This document shows positions 1 to 11,623 of a stretch of 64,000 nt of DNA, piece after piece. The notes beneath the pieces are model-generated. The model was not told the origin of the DNA, ran no database searches, and was given only the letters and a program-made list of their open reading frames with translations. The translations under genes and the position numbers were made by a program. Each line of letters opens with the position of its first letter. The stretch's first letter is position 1. The DNA is from Gracilinanus agilis (lineage: Eukaryota), in contig NC_058135.1 in assembly GCF_016433145.1 (NCBI RefSeq), positions 42,711,099 to 42,775,098 of the forward strand, read 5' to 3'.

Positions 1-21
1 ATACATATATATATATGTGTG

Positions 22-56
<35 letters not shown>
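1..56. repeat. (TA)n-rich microsatellite
   Basis: Directly visible, interrupted by TG units. Confidence 0.95.
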
Positions 57-583
57 GACAGAAGGGAATATGATAGGCAGGATGTAGGTAGTAGTCAGTA
101 GATAATCACTCTTGGACTTTGGGATAGAGGGAGGGAAAATGCCTAGTTAAGCAAACCAAAACCATAGACTCTGTTTATATCTTTTTGATGGGCTTTTTTT
201 GCCTTTTGTCCACTTCTAGAAATTTAGTAAATTATGTATGTGATTTTGTGTGTTGTGTTTGTATTTTTTTTTTTAAGAGGAGTAGACTCCATCACTATGA
301 TAAAACTATGATTTGGAACCTAGAAGAAATTTCATTATTACCCCCTGGGAGTGAATCCAATTTGTTAGCTAATGGATGGGCAGCCTGTTGGGAGCCGGCG
401 GGGCAGTTGGGGCCGCGTCTTCTCCTTGCCTCTGTGCAAAGCCTGCCCCATAGTAATATCTGCGTTCACTCCCGAGTCGCTTGGTGGTGATGATTTTAAG
501 ATTGCTTTTAAAAATGTCTTGGATCCCATTTCTGGAGCCCTGACTTAATTTCTCCTTTTTCTTGGTTTCTTTCCCTCTTCCAG

Positions 584-705
584 AGTTCTTCACGGAGCTG
601 AGCGCCAGTGCGTGTGCCCTGGCCTTGAACAGCAGTCTGGTGGAGCTGGTACTCTACACCAGACAAGCCTCCCAGCAGCTGCGTCAGGTGGCGAGAACGC
701 TCTGA
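584..705 (+). CDS. AFF1: AFF1 (AF4/FMR2 family member 1) last coding exon
   Basis: Pyrimidine tract then CAG acceptor at 581-583. The phase-1 exon reads (E)FFTELSASACALALNSSLVELVLYTRQASQQLRQVARTL*, matching the recalled AFF1 C-terminus EFFARLSTNVCTLALNSSLVDLVHYTRQGFQQLQELTKTP. AFF1-KLHL8 tail-to-tail synteny is known in mammals. Confidence 0.93.
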
Positions 706-3700
706 CCAGCGGCCGGTCGTAGACCATCTTGATGCCCTTTGGAGGTCTCAGAAGGAGACTGATCCGGAGCTGCTTTGGGTTCCCCAACTCTAGAACAGAA
801 ATATAATAGGATGGGAGGGAACGTGGCCCCGCTTCCAAATCCCAAAACTGTGCCCATATCCTTTGCACGGGGCCGTCGGAGTCTATTAAAGAAGGAGCCA
901 CAGCGTGGGTGATTTTCTTAACCAAAGGACGGAAGTGCAATGTGTAAGCCTTCAGCTGGTTGTATGTCAGTGGTCTGTAAACATTTCTCTGACTTTATAA
1001 CAAGCAAGATAAAAATTACATTTTGAAAATGAGACTCAGAAGAAGCAATTCTAGCTTTGAAAATAGAATCACATCATCTCAAAAGCTTCCATAGCCCATT
1101 CTGCTACTTGTAACACACAGAATTTTTTCCAGGTTTTTGGTATAGTGTTTGGGATGCTACATGTCCCTTTCTTTCTTTTTAAATTTAATTTATTTTTTTA
1201 ATTGTGAAGAGCAGAGGGGAGATATTGGTTCCAACGGCCATACATTGAAACCACTTGTGAAAGATTCTAGGGGATTTCACTGTTTATCCTGCGAATTATG
1301 GCTTTGTTAAAATCAAGCATTTTAGGAGTTCACACATACATTAAGTCATCATCTCCTGAACTGCAAGTTCACTTCGTATATAGTATTCCTTTGGTTTCAT
1401 CATTCCTGAGAGACAGCCAAAGAGAGTTACTCTGAGTCAAGGGCTGTAGAAAAGAATAGAGACTTGAGTTTCTTATGGTACATCTTGATATCTCCATTAC
1501 CTATAAGAGTAACTAGTCCACAGTAAGTGTATTCTGCATTTCCTATCTTAGTGAAAAGGGAACCAGCCTTTTTTTCTGCCAGTGCGGCTTATGGGTTTCA
1601 AATAGAAGTAAAACATGAAGTCTATTTTACTATAGAGTAAGATAACACATGCCCAGAAAAATCAAAACTATCAAAGAAAAATGAAATTTATTTTTAATTG
1701 CATTATTTTGGTCACAGGTAATTTTATTTTATTATATAGATACTTTCATATTAGGCAGTTTTTTCTGGAGAAAATTACTTTCAAGTAGCTCAGGGGCAAA
1801 TCCTTTCCTATTTCTTGTCTTCCCGAGAGGATACAAAAGCATTGAGAAGGTGGTGTTTCCTACTTTGTAATAAATTTTCCACCATATCTTAGTTATGTGG
1901 CCACTTGAGTTGATCAGAATTGATTACACTAAGATAATTTAATGCCTCCTCCCACCCCCAATTCCTTACCATAATGATACACATTTGTTGATTTTTAAAA
2001 CCTTGGAATGAAAAGACTTGGGCAAAGTCCTCATGTTGTTGAACAGATATAACTTGTATCAAAATTGAAATACCTTTTTAACTACAATGTATTTAGAAGC
2101 TAATTACTGCCCAGTTTCTAACAGCAACATTTCCCTCTTTTACCTTCTCTGATCTCATCCCACACCACATCTCCTATGTCCTACATGAATTTTTAAATTT
2201 CCTTCTTGGTTTACATCGAAGTTAATAAGCCCCCCAAATCACCAACTGATATTAAAAGCTTCCTGGATGATTGGTTGGATAGGCTGCAAATGTTAGACAA
2301 GCAAGAGCAAATTTCCATATTCCTTTCAGAATGCCCCAATTCTGTTCTTTCTCCCATTTGTTAAAATTTATAGAAGGGGAGAAAAAGCATGTCAGAATAT
2401 CCAAGCATCAGGAATAAGAAGTTATATATTCTGGGGCAAAGCCAGATCGAAACTCAACCCGTTGCTAAATAAGCAATAATTCTCTGTACGGTTAGTAGAT
2501 TTGTCCTGATGAGTGTATTCCCCACTTTCGGGGTATTATGAGGACCAGCAGCACATCTTGCTGGCTCTGTGGGATCATCTGGATATACCCTGTCTCCAGG
2601 AGGCAAAGGAGAAAAACAGCGCTTTAGAGGTTCTGATCTATGCACATTGCATCAAGGGCTGTGAGCTCTTAGGGAGCTCATTTTAGAAGTCATTTACTTC
2701 ACAGGGTGTGAAGGAGCTGGTTCAATTCTTTTTCAGTGGCCTTGCATTTTGGGGGTGGGTGGGAGGGTTTTTTTATGTTGAAAATTCAATTATTCTTTGG
2801 AAGGATGATAAATTTGCATAGTTCTATGTGCACAGTTGTGAGCATTGTATGAGTCAGGTTCTTAATTGCAACATGCACTGCACCTATGAGATGATTCCTC
2901 ATGGATACCTTTTTATTTAGTATATAAATAGAGTGGCTGCTGAATCCTGTTCATTAATATTCATGAAGTCTTTTGCTGTTACCATTGTATATAGGAATTT
3001 AAAGGATGTTTTAAAAATCAGATGCACTTTTTTCAATGCATGCTTTAAATCCCAAAGGCAAAATTTATTAAGCAGACAATTAAAAGACTAGTTTATAAAA
3101 AGTAAAACCTTTCAATTATGTGAAATTCTCATACACGTAAGAAGCAAGCAGTAGACTCTTGACAGTGGGATAGACTTTTAAGAGTTGTCCAAGAGAAAAA
3201 GAAAATACAGTATAAATTTTTTTCCTTTGGTACTTCAGTTTTGCCGGTATATCTTTGTTACTTGTTTTTCTTTTTGTCGGAAGAGGGAGGAATATTTTAC
3301 TCAGAAAAGGAACTTTTGATTTTTCTGCCCTTCTGTAGATAATTTAAAATGTGAATGAGTTTGATACTTTAACTTAAGAAACCTGTTCAACAACAAAATC
3401 TACTTTATAAAGTATGTACCTAGTTCTACTGGAAAGATTACAGTCTGGGTTGGAAAATTTTATATATACACATACATGTGTGCCCAGGACTAGAAATGAG
3501 CAAGAGAGTAGGGAGCCAAGGGGGCTGAATAATTAAGCGTTTAGTTACATTTTTCCAATCATTGGGTTGTTTAGATTTTTTTTTTTTTTTTTTTGCCCCC
3601 GTGATATTCAGCCTGGATAATGGTTGGTCTTAGGAGTGGAAATACATTAATTTTGCTGATCTTTGAAATCTTGTAATATATAATGAGTTTTTCTCCTACA

Positions 3701-3747
3701 TGGGAACATAATCTTAACACTACCCATCCAGACCCCCCCTCTAGGGT

Positions 3748-3902
3748 AAGGATGTCAAACTGACAGCTTGAATCTGATTAAAATACAATTGAGAAATGTT
3801 TTCCCAAAATAAATTAAAATATAGTTTGAGAAAGATAATGTTCATTTGTGATTTTCTAGTGAACAGCAGAGATGTTTCTTTTTGAGTTTAATACCACTGC
3901 TC
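3748..3902. mobile_element. Old short hAT-type DNA transposon remnant within the AFF1 3'UTR
   Basis: Ends ggatgtcaaac ... gagtttaataccactg. A related copy in the opposite orientation lies at ~56228-56412. Confidence 0.45.
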
Positions 3903-5946
3903 TGTGATTTTTAGTGATTTCATTTAGGTTTCCTATTCACCAATATGGATTTAGTGTTATGATTAAATGTAAATTTTTAAAAATTTAATCAGATCATTTT
4001 CCCCCCTAAAGAATAAAGAAAGGTTATATCCCTGACACATAAGGCTATGTGTCAGGGGAAAAGAGGGTCCAATGAAATTGGCCTGATTTTTATAATGAAG
4101 GGTTTTCCTTATAAGAGTTTGTTTTTGTTTTTGTGTTTGTCTTTTTTTTCCCCTGAGAATTTCCCCCACTTAGTGGATATATTTATTGAGCCTTTATTGA
4201 CCAAACTTAATTTTAAAATAGTATATTATTTATTTTAAGTTTGTGTACTTTGGGACCTCTCTCCATAAACCCAATATTTCTATAAGTCTAGGCATTAGTA
4301 AATATAATGAGTTGACATCTTAGGTTAATGAGAGTAAATATAAATCTTAATGTTCCATTTTTACTTTTCCTCCCTTTCTCCTCTTCTCAGAAAGTTCCTT
4401 ATTCCAGACACTACATGGCCCCCTTAGAAAAGCTTGCCTTATTATCTATCATACTATTAAAAGCCTCTTCCACTTCATATTAGCAATATTTAGAACCTTG
4501 CAAGAATATCTTTCTTTTGTTTAATCATTAATTTTCTTATTGGGAAATAAAATCATCTGAAAAAGAATTATGCAACAATTTAGATTGTGGTATAAGGCTC
4601 TGTCCCAGTGTAAGTATTTCTTCCTCCACATTATTTTTCCCCCATTCTCTCTAACATGTTACCTCCTTTTGCTCTTCCCTTTATTCCCCACCCCTAGTTG
4701 TGTTTTTGATTAGTTTTGTTAGGGGTGGGGTGGGTAGAATGGGATTGGGAGGTTTGGTAGTTTATCTCCAAAAGCTTCAAGTGATTTTTTTTGGTCACCA
4801 CACCACAAACACATAAACTATTATAAGAGAATTTTCTCTTTGTTGTATTTATCTATGAATTTTTTACACTGGCAATATTTTTAGTTTCTTTATAACCAGA
4901 AGACAGGCACTGCCTATCACTTTTCTAAAAATGTATTCTTGCAATATTGGTGGTTTCTCTATATTCTCTTGGTCTCCACAGGTCATTTTGCCCCATTGTG
5001 AGCTGTCAACAGGTAATTAGTCATACTGAGAAATGTCTGTACAAGGGGACTGAAAAGTATGGGTTTAGTTCCCTTCTTTTTGAGCAGGGGGGGAGCAAGA
5101 CTTCACAAACTGATATTTAAGCCACATTTGTTAAATGCAGGCCTTTTCTGATGAGGCCTGGTTGGTGGCTGACCTAAAGAAATGAAATTTATTTTGCTTA
5201 AAAGTTTGCTTTTAAGTGATAAACACAGGCAGTATTAACTTTGCCAATTGTCCAGGCCATTAAGATGTATTGATTTAAATTGTTTAAAAATTACTGCACA
5301 TCCCCTTCATTAAGTACCTACTACCAATATTTTTTATCTTTATTTTTTAAATTTTTTTGAACATGATCATGTTTTTGATATTTGAAGCAAGTTTGTCTTT
5401 ATTTATTGTCATTATATATCATGCTTTTTTGGTGTCTTCTTTGGTTACTGTAGCAATAAATCAAATCTTGGTATTATCATATGAAGAGGTTATTTTAAAA
5501 TGAATTCATTTCCATTTGATGAATGGGGAATCAATGGTCTCTTGAAATAATACAAATTTTCATTTAATCTTTCTTGTCAAAAAAAGTGTCAGCAATCTAT
5601 TCAGCAGTAATGATTTTGTATGCAGACTATGTATTTATGTAGTGATTTCAAGGGGGAGATGTGCAAAGAAAAATTAACAGAAATCAATGTACTTTATTTT
5701 CTTTAGTGAAGATATTGCCTTCTAGAATTTCTGTTCATACGATTTAGCTGCCATATATTGCCCTGCAAAGGGACACCAGAACTGTGAGGATATTTTAGTT
5801 TTTCTTTTATGGAAGAAAAAGTTTGTGGAAGAGAATTCCAAAGATGGCATGCCATGTATCTTTTGCTCATAATTGCAGTTTTCAGAAATTTTGAATTTAC
5901 ATGTTATTTTTAAATTCTTTTTCTTTTTACAAGAGGATTGTTATAA

Positions 5947-5952
5947 AATAAA
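5947..5952 (+). terminator. Probable AFF1 polyadenylation signal AATAAA
   Basis: AATAAA followed ~25-50 nt later by GTCATTTTATTTCTTTTTATT. Repeat-like sequence starts shortly after. Confidence 0.6.
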
Positions 5953-6639
5953 AGTTTAGAAAAAAACGACATTGGTCCATGTCATTTTATTTCTTTTTAT
6001 TCCTTTATCTGAAGCCCCTTTCATGTATCATATTTTATTCTTTCTTCATCAGAGTTCTACTGCAATGTCTCATCCTGGTGTGGAGACTAAATGGGTTCTT
6101 AAATTTTGCTGTCAGAGGCAAGTAGCTCCTCTTTGTTCTCCTCTCCAATGACCCAGAAAGCACACTGGACCTAATTCTGATAGGTAAAGTCAGGAACAAA
6201 AGTCACAATGAGTCATTTTTCCAATTGAGTGCAACTTAAAAAGATAGTTCTGTGCATATTGGAGTGGAAAGCTACAGGAGATAGAAGTGCCAATGCATTA
6301 GCCTGTGGCAGCAGCAGCAACAGGGAACAAGCCAATGCCCAAGGATGGCAGGAAGAATGAACATTGGCAGAAAGATCGGAAGGGACCCCTGTACTAGCAT
6401 TTGGCATAGGAACTGGTGCCATCTGGCAGCTCCATTGCCCAATACTTAATTCTGGGTCACAGTTCCTATTAGGAGAAGAGCAGTTGTGTCAGAACCAAGA
6501 CCCTATTTGTATGAGGGAAAAAAGAATAAGTTCCAGAAATAGCTGTGTGGCTCTGAGCCCAAGAAGAGAACTGTGGACTTAGTTCTAACCTCTATCCCTG
6601 GATGGTAAGCCTACAGTGAAATAAACGAGGGTAGGAGAC

Positions 6640-7259
6640 TGTAGGGATTAACTTTATAGGTGGACTACGATTTAAAAATAATACAGCTCAAGTCAAAATG
6701 ACTTAGCAGCTTTATTTATAAAAAGAGGGAAAGAATGACAGTAGAGAAATGTATAAGAGGGTAGAGTAAGATATCTAACCTAACACACTAAATATTTGCT
6801 CCAGTCCCCATGAGGCCTTCTCCCAGAAGGGGAGGCCTCTCTGGAAAATATCCCTCCAGAAGCCAGAAAAGGAGTCAGCTTTTTCACTCACGCAGGTTGT
6901 AGATCCACATTGCAGTCCCAGTCCAAGATCCTTCAAGAGCTCAAAGACCTCCTGACAGGAAGTCTAGGCCCTTTTAAAGACCTTTTTTTACATCACTTCC
7001 TTTCCCTTCCTCCACTTTGAGGGGACTATTTGCAGTCTTTAAATTTGCTTAACACTGCCCAGGGGGCAGTCAGTTTCTTCCAGAGGTGTAAATCGCTTTA
7101 GTAAGTGGCTTGTCAACCTCCCCTAGTTAACATTAAGTAGGAGTGTCTGCTTTTGGTTGATTAAATTTAAAAATAGTCAATCCTATCTTCACAAATTCCC
7201 TCTGTGGTCCTTTGGGAGACGTCTCCCCAATGGATCATTTAACATAATCAGTTTATACA
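6640..7259 (-). mobile_element. LTR (ERV-type), apparently solo and nested
   Basis: TG...CA termini; on - strand GGAAGT..TTTAAAAG..ACTTCC promoter-like block and AATAAA ~70 nt before the 3' end. No clean TSD found. Confidence 0.65.
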
Positions 7260-8932
7260 TTTAAAGATCTATAACTAGAGGTAAATGCAATATTGCACTT
7301 TCTATGGGGAAATTGCAAAAATTTGGGGATAAAAGGGAAATAGAAAGAGAACAAAACCAATGATTGATAGGTACATTGACAAAAACCCCATTAGGGGGCA
7401 GTTCCCTTTGGCATAAGAGTATATACAAAATAAATGCATTCAACCCCCCCCACACACACACACAAGCTCAATTTCACTACATCCCAAAGTTCATTCTGGA
7501 TCTTTTGGTGCAGTGTGAGGTTTCTACAGGCATCTCCGTGGCACCTTCTCCAAACAGTTCACTTTCTGGATTTGGGGAGGTAGCAAGTTTCTTATCCTAA
7601 AATTACTCTCAAGCAAGAAAATATAATTAGATGACAATTATACAATCCCCCTTAAGGAGCGTGTTGACCAACACATGGATTACCCTTAGATACATGGCTG
7701 AGTTATGAGGTATGTGAATCAATTGTTTAAAGAAAGTCCAAAACATAAAAAAAATACATAGAAGAAAGAAATCAAAATTAAATAGTATATGAAAATTTTG
7801 AGTAAGCAAGAATAAGCCCATAGTAGGTCCTAGAATTAGGTCCCAATAAAGTGATTTATGTCTCTCAAACCTGTAGCACCAATATCCACTTATCCAATCA
7901 ACAGCCAGGAATACAGAAAATTGCCACACTATGAAAGACAGAAAAAGGACTAGATTTTAGCAGCAAATGGGAAATATTCCCTGGTCTGATTTTACTTTAG
8001 CTCTCAGGGATATGGGAGCCAGAATTATAGCTAAGCCTAGGTACTTTGTCTGAACCTGGCACAGATAAACCTTGCAATTGATGTTGTCAAATAGCGGCTT
8101 CCTTGAACCCCCAAACAAGTCCTCTGTTTTGGCATAGATTCTCATTAATCCCATCAGGACTGGTTGGTGCTTCTTGGTACTGTATAATGGCTTTTTTGTG
8201 ATCCCTTCCCCTGGAATCAGACAGAATCTTTAATCAAAGTCCCATAATATTTAATAATCAATGGCAGGTTTTCATAGTCTAAAGCTTTTGGGTATGCATT
8301 GATATTAGGGCTAATGGGTATTGTAAACTTATATTAATGCAAAATCAAAAAAAAACATTAATAGTGGTAAAAAGTGCTTTAAGTACAAAATATGAGAAAA
8401 AAGAAAACTCAAATACTCTTGCACATACAAAGAAAAACAAATTTTTTAAAAAATTAAAAATATATAGTTCGCAATCAGTGACACATTGTGTTACCCAAGG
8501 AGAGGCAGAATACAAACGTTTCTCACCCAAAAATGCGATCTATTTCCTTTTTAACTTGGCCATAATCCACAGAGTGAGTGCAAATGATTTTCACCAAGTA
8601 ACAGCTTTATAAAACAGTAGTATAACAGGTAATGCACATTTAAAGAAGTATCAAAACACCAAAATCACAAGAGCCCATTTAATGACAATGGCAAACCAAC
8701 CTGCTATCATTGCGATTCATATGAGTCTCTATAGCCACTTGCTGTGTGATCTAGCCAATCTTTCAACCTTGGCTGAGATATTTTTAACAAAGCATCACCA
8801 TCATTCCAAAACTTGGCAGAGGAGTCCAAAAAAACACCAACTTAAGTAATGCTGATGAAAACCTTTTTGGGTCAAAAATGTCACCAAGAATCTAAATCAT
8901 TCTGGTAGAAGGGCTGAAGAGTTACAAATATA

Positions 8933-9115
8933 TATATTTTAACCCTTGTACTTCGGTGTATTTTCTCATAAGTGGAAGATTGGTAAGGGTGGGCAATGGG
9001 GGTCAAGTGACTTGCCCAGGGTCACACAGCTGGGAAGTGGCTGAGGTCGGGTTTGAACCTAGGACCTCCTGTCTCTAGGCCTGACTCTCACTCCACTGAG
9101 CTACCCAGCTGCCCC
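8933..9115 (-). mobile_element. SINE1-type tRNA-derived marsupial SINE
   Basis: GGGGCAGCTGGGTAGCTCAGTGG head with A/B boxes; 10-bp TSD TACAAATATA at 8923-8932 and 9116-9125. Confidence 0.9.
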
Positions 9116-10910
9116 TACAAATATAGTTTTTAAAAAAACCCATTCAGGGATAACCAAACCCCTTGGGAAATCCTCCCCACTCCCAGGTGAGATTATAACC
9201 CATCACAAGGTAATGAAGCCCCTTGGGAGACCCTCCCTCTGGCATGAGATTGTAACAGCCATAAAAGGCATGTCTTTATATGTCCCATCCATTGCAATGT
9301 GGAAGGGAGGAATACAATAATGAAAATCACTTCTGATGTCTCATCCATTACATTTTTATAAATGCAGGGGTGGGGAATACATAGCGACATTGCACTTCAC
9401 TTCAGCTACTAAATGGACCCTTACTTTTTGTTACAAAACAACTCAAAGGTAGGCAAATGATCAATCAGTGGTAGTGTTGCTCCTAGATATCTAAAAAAAT
9501 CACTTATGAAGACCCCTTAAAATCAATTTAAATTCTCACTGGCTGTATACAGGTTGTAACCAGTTTGATGGAGTCCATCCATCATCATCTACATTAACAA
9601 AAGCAAAAAGGAACAAAAGTCCATTTGGGCAACATGTGACCTTGATGTATCTGGTAACAAACCCAGCATCCATAAAGGACCTATGGTTTTGCCATGAAAA
9701 AGTGTTTGCACAAGTTGTTTTTGGACTTTTGTTACAATGGTATTTTCTCCAATCCAGTCATAGGGGAGGTACAAATAAAGACAATGTAACAGAACATATG
9801 GTCTAAACACAGTAGCTTAAAATGACAAAACAGAATAGTAAAAATAAGATTAATATATAAACTTAAAAACAAAATTAAATTTTAAAACAATCAATAAATG
9901 CAATATATGTGACAGTATACAGGCACTGAATTCCAGAGTCCTTTTCTCCCATTCTAATAGCTGCATTACAGAGATTTTTTTTTACTAATTGGAGGGGAAC
10001 AAACTAAAAGTTAGCAATGGAATCTGAAAAGCTAAAAATTTACCTCCAGACTCTTTAACGTTCCTTCCCCACCCCAGGATCATCATCCATCTAGATTCCT
10101 TTGGTCTCATCTCTGGGGTTCCCCGAACCCACACTGGACATAGTGTGGACAAACCCCATATTGGATGTGTTGTAGAGACTGGGCAGACCAAAATGGTAAG
10201 GAGGGGTAAGGAGATGAATCTCCCCCCTGAATCTCAGGATTACTCAAGCTAATCACAAGGACAAGTGTACCCAGGAATGGTAGTAAGAAAAGACACCTCA
10301 AAACTTTGAGCTGTGCAAGCTCTGTAATGCTCTCCCAGAATGGGAGCTATTTGAGATAGGCATGAAATTGGGCCATGCTTGCAATTCTACTTATTAAATT
10401 GGTACAAATTTTCCTTTTAGTAGGTGGCACTTGCCTAGCATGTACTGGCTAGGAGTAAAGACTTCACAAGGCTAGTAGATGGAGACATGCCCCAATCAGC
10501 CTTTGAATGGAGGGCAGCCCAAAGGCTTTAACCCAAAGCTAAGTTGGTGAGGGAAAACAAAAGCTTTCAATTTAGGCACAGCGAAAGTAAAAACTCCTCA
10601 GAGCCGCTCAGCTGAGCAAAAAGGGTTTAAGCAGCTACCATGCTTGAGACCCACATGGGGGTTTAGGCAAGGCCTTAAGGAGAGAGCAAACTTCTAGGAG
10701 TTAGATAAGACTAAACTTTCTCAATTTAGCCCAAAGATTAATACCATCTAATAACAAAAATAACAACAAATGAGCTGATATTATTAACTTCCTCCACCAC
10801 TCTGGGATTCTGGGCTGCGAAATGTTATCTTGTGTGGGGGGTGTGGGGAGGGTAGGGTAGCTTCCCCAGGTTAAAGGAGTCAGGACGGTTAGAGGCTAAT
10901 TGTTGCTAAA

Positions 10911-10914
<4 letters not shown>

Positions 10915-10962
<48 letters not shown>
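10915..10962. repeat. (CA)24 microsatellite
   Basis: Directly visible perfect repeat. Confidence 0.98.
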
Positions 10963-10964
<2 letters not shown>

Positions 10965-11382
10965 GCTTACCAGGTTGCAGTGAACAATGGCTATCCAGCT
11001 GTTAGCAATATAAGGGAAAGTGGGGTTTATACTTTACCAGCCCTGTGGAAAGTAGCTTGCAAGGACCCCTGTCCAGTGTGCTCAAAAGAAGTGGCAAAAA
11101 GGGCAGTGGCAGGCTCAGAAAGGACTCTCAGACTCTCAGGCTAGTGTCTGGTCAAACGTGGGAGGCATCAACAGTGGCAGGAGCAGCTGGAGCTTGGCAA
11201 GGACCCCCCCCAGGCAGTTAGCAATAGAGGCAGGAGCGGCAGCAGTAGGTGGAGTTCCCTGGATGGGGAGAGGGGGTCAAAAAGGCCACAGCAGGAGAGA
11301 AACATGGTTTTTTCAAACTAATCTACTCACAATCTACTCACTTAGTAAGGGTCCTAAATTCCATACTTCTGGTTGCCATAAA

Positions 11383-11560
11383 TGTAAGACTTAAATTAAT
11401 AACCAACACTCCAAGAATTATATTTTATAGAGTTTGTTAATAATCGCTTGAAGTAGAAGAAATAAAAATGAAATAGAAGTAAAAAAACTAATTATCTAAG
11501 AAAATTAAAACCCAGTGAACAAGTTCTCTTGCCTCTCACCTCACCTCCACAGCACACTAT

Positions 11561-11623
<63 letters not shown>

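Larger units (their letters stand above)
706..5970 (+). other. AFF1: AFF1 3'UTR (end approximate)
   Basis: Follows the stop at 703-705. Mostly repeat-free, AU-rich sequence up to AATAAA at 5947-5952, followed by a U-rich tract. Confidence 0.7.

Noticed and set aside
185-490. 101-aa + strand ORF containing WEPAGQL, superficially like AFF1's penultimate-exon WEQAEAL
   Set aside because: Surrounding residues do not match AFF1 and no suitable phase-1 donor follows. The true penultimate exon presumably lies upstream of the window.
590-940. 116-aa - strand ORF over the AFF1 last exon
   Set aside because: Antisense shadow of a GC-rich exon and UTR; no recognisable homology.
7627-8154. Hydrophobic ORFs ending near the PPT-like tract, one with a terminal CC, as possible env TM remnants
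   Set aside because: No CX6CC motif or immunosuppressive-domain motif; hydrophobicity is explained by T-rich composition. tBLASTn with Env would settle it.
10107-10301. 64-aa ORF with a signal-peptide-like N-terminus (MRCLFLLPFLGTLVLVISLS)
   Set aside because: Non-ATG start in the sequence, no known family recognised, and it lies inside the putative retroelement interior.
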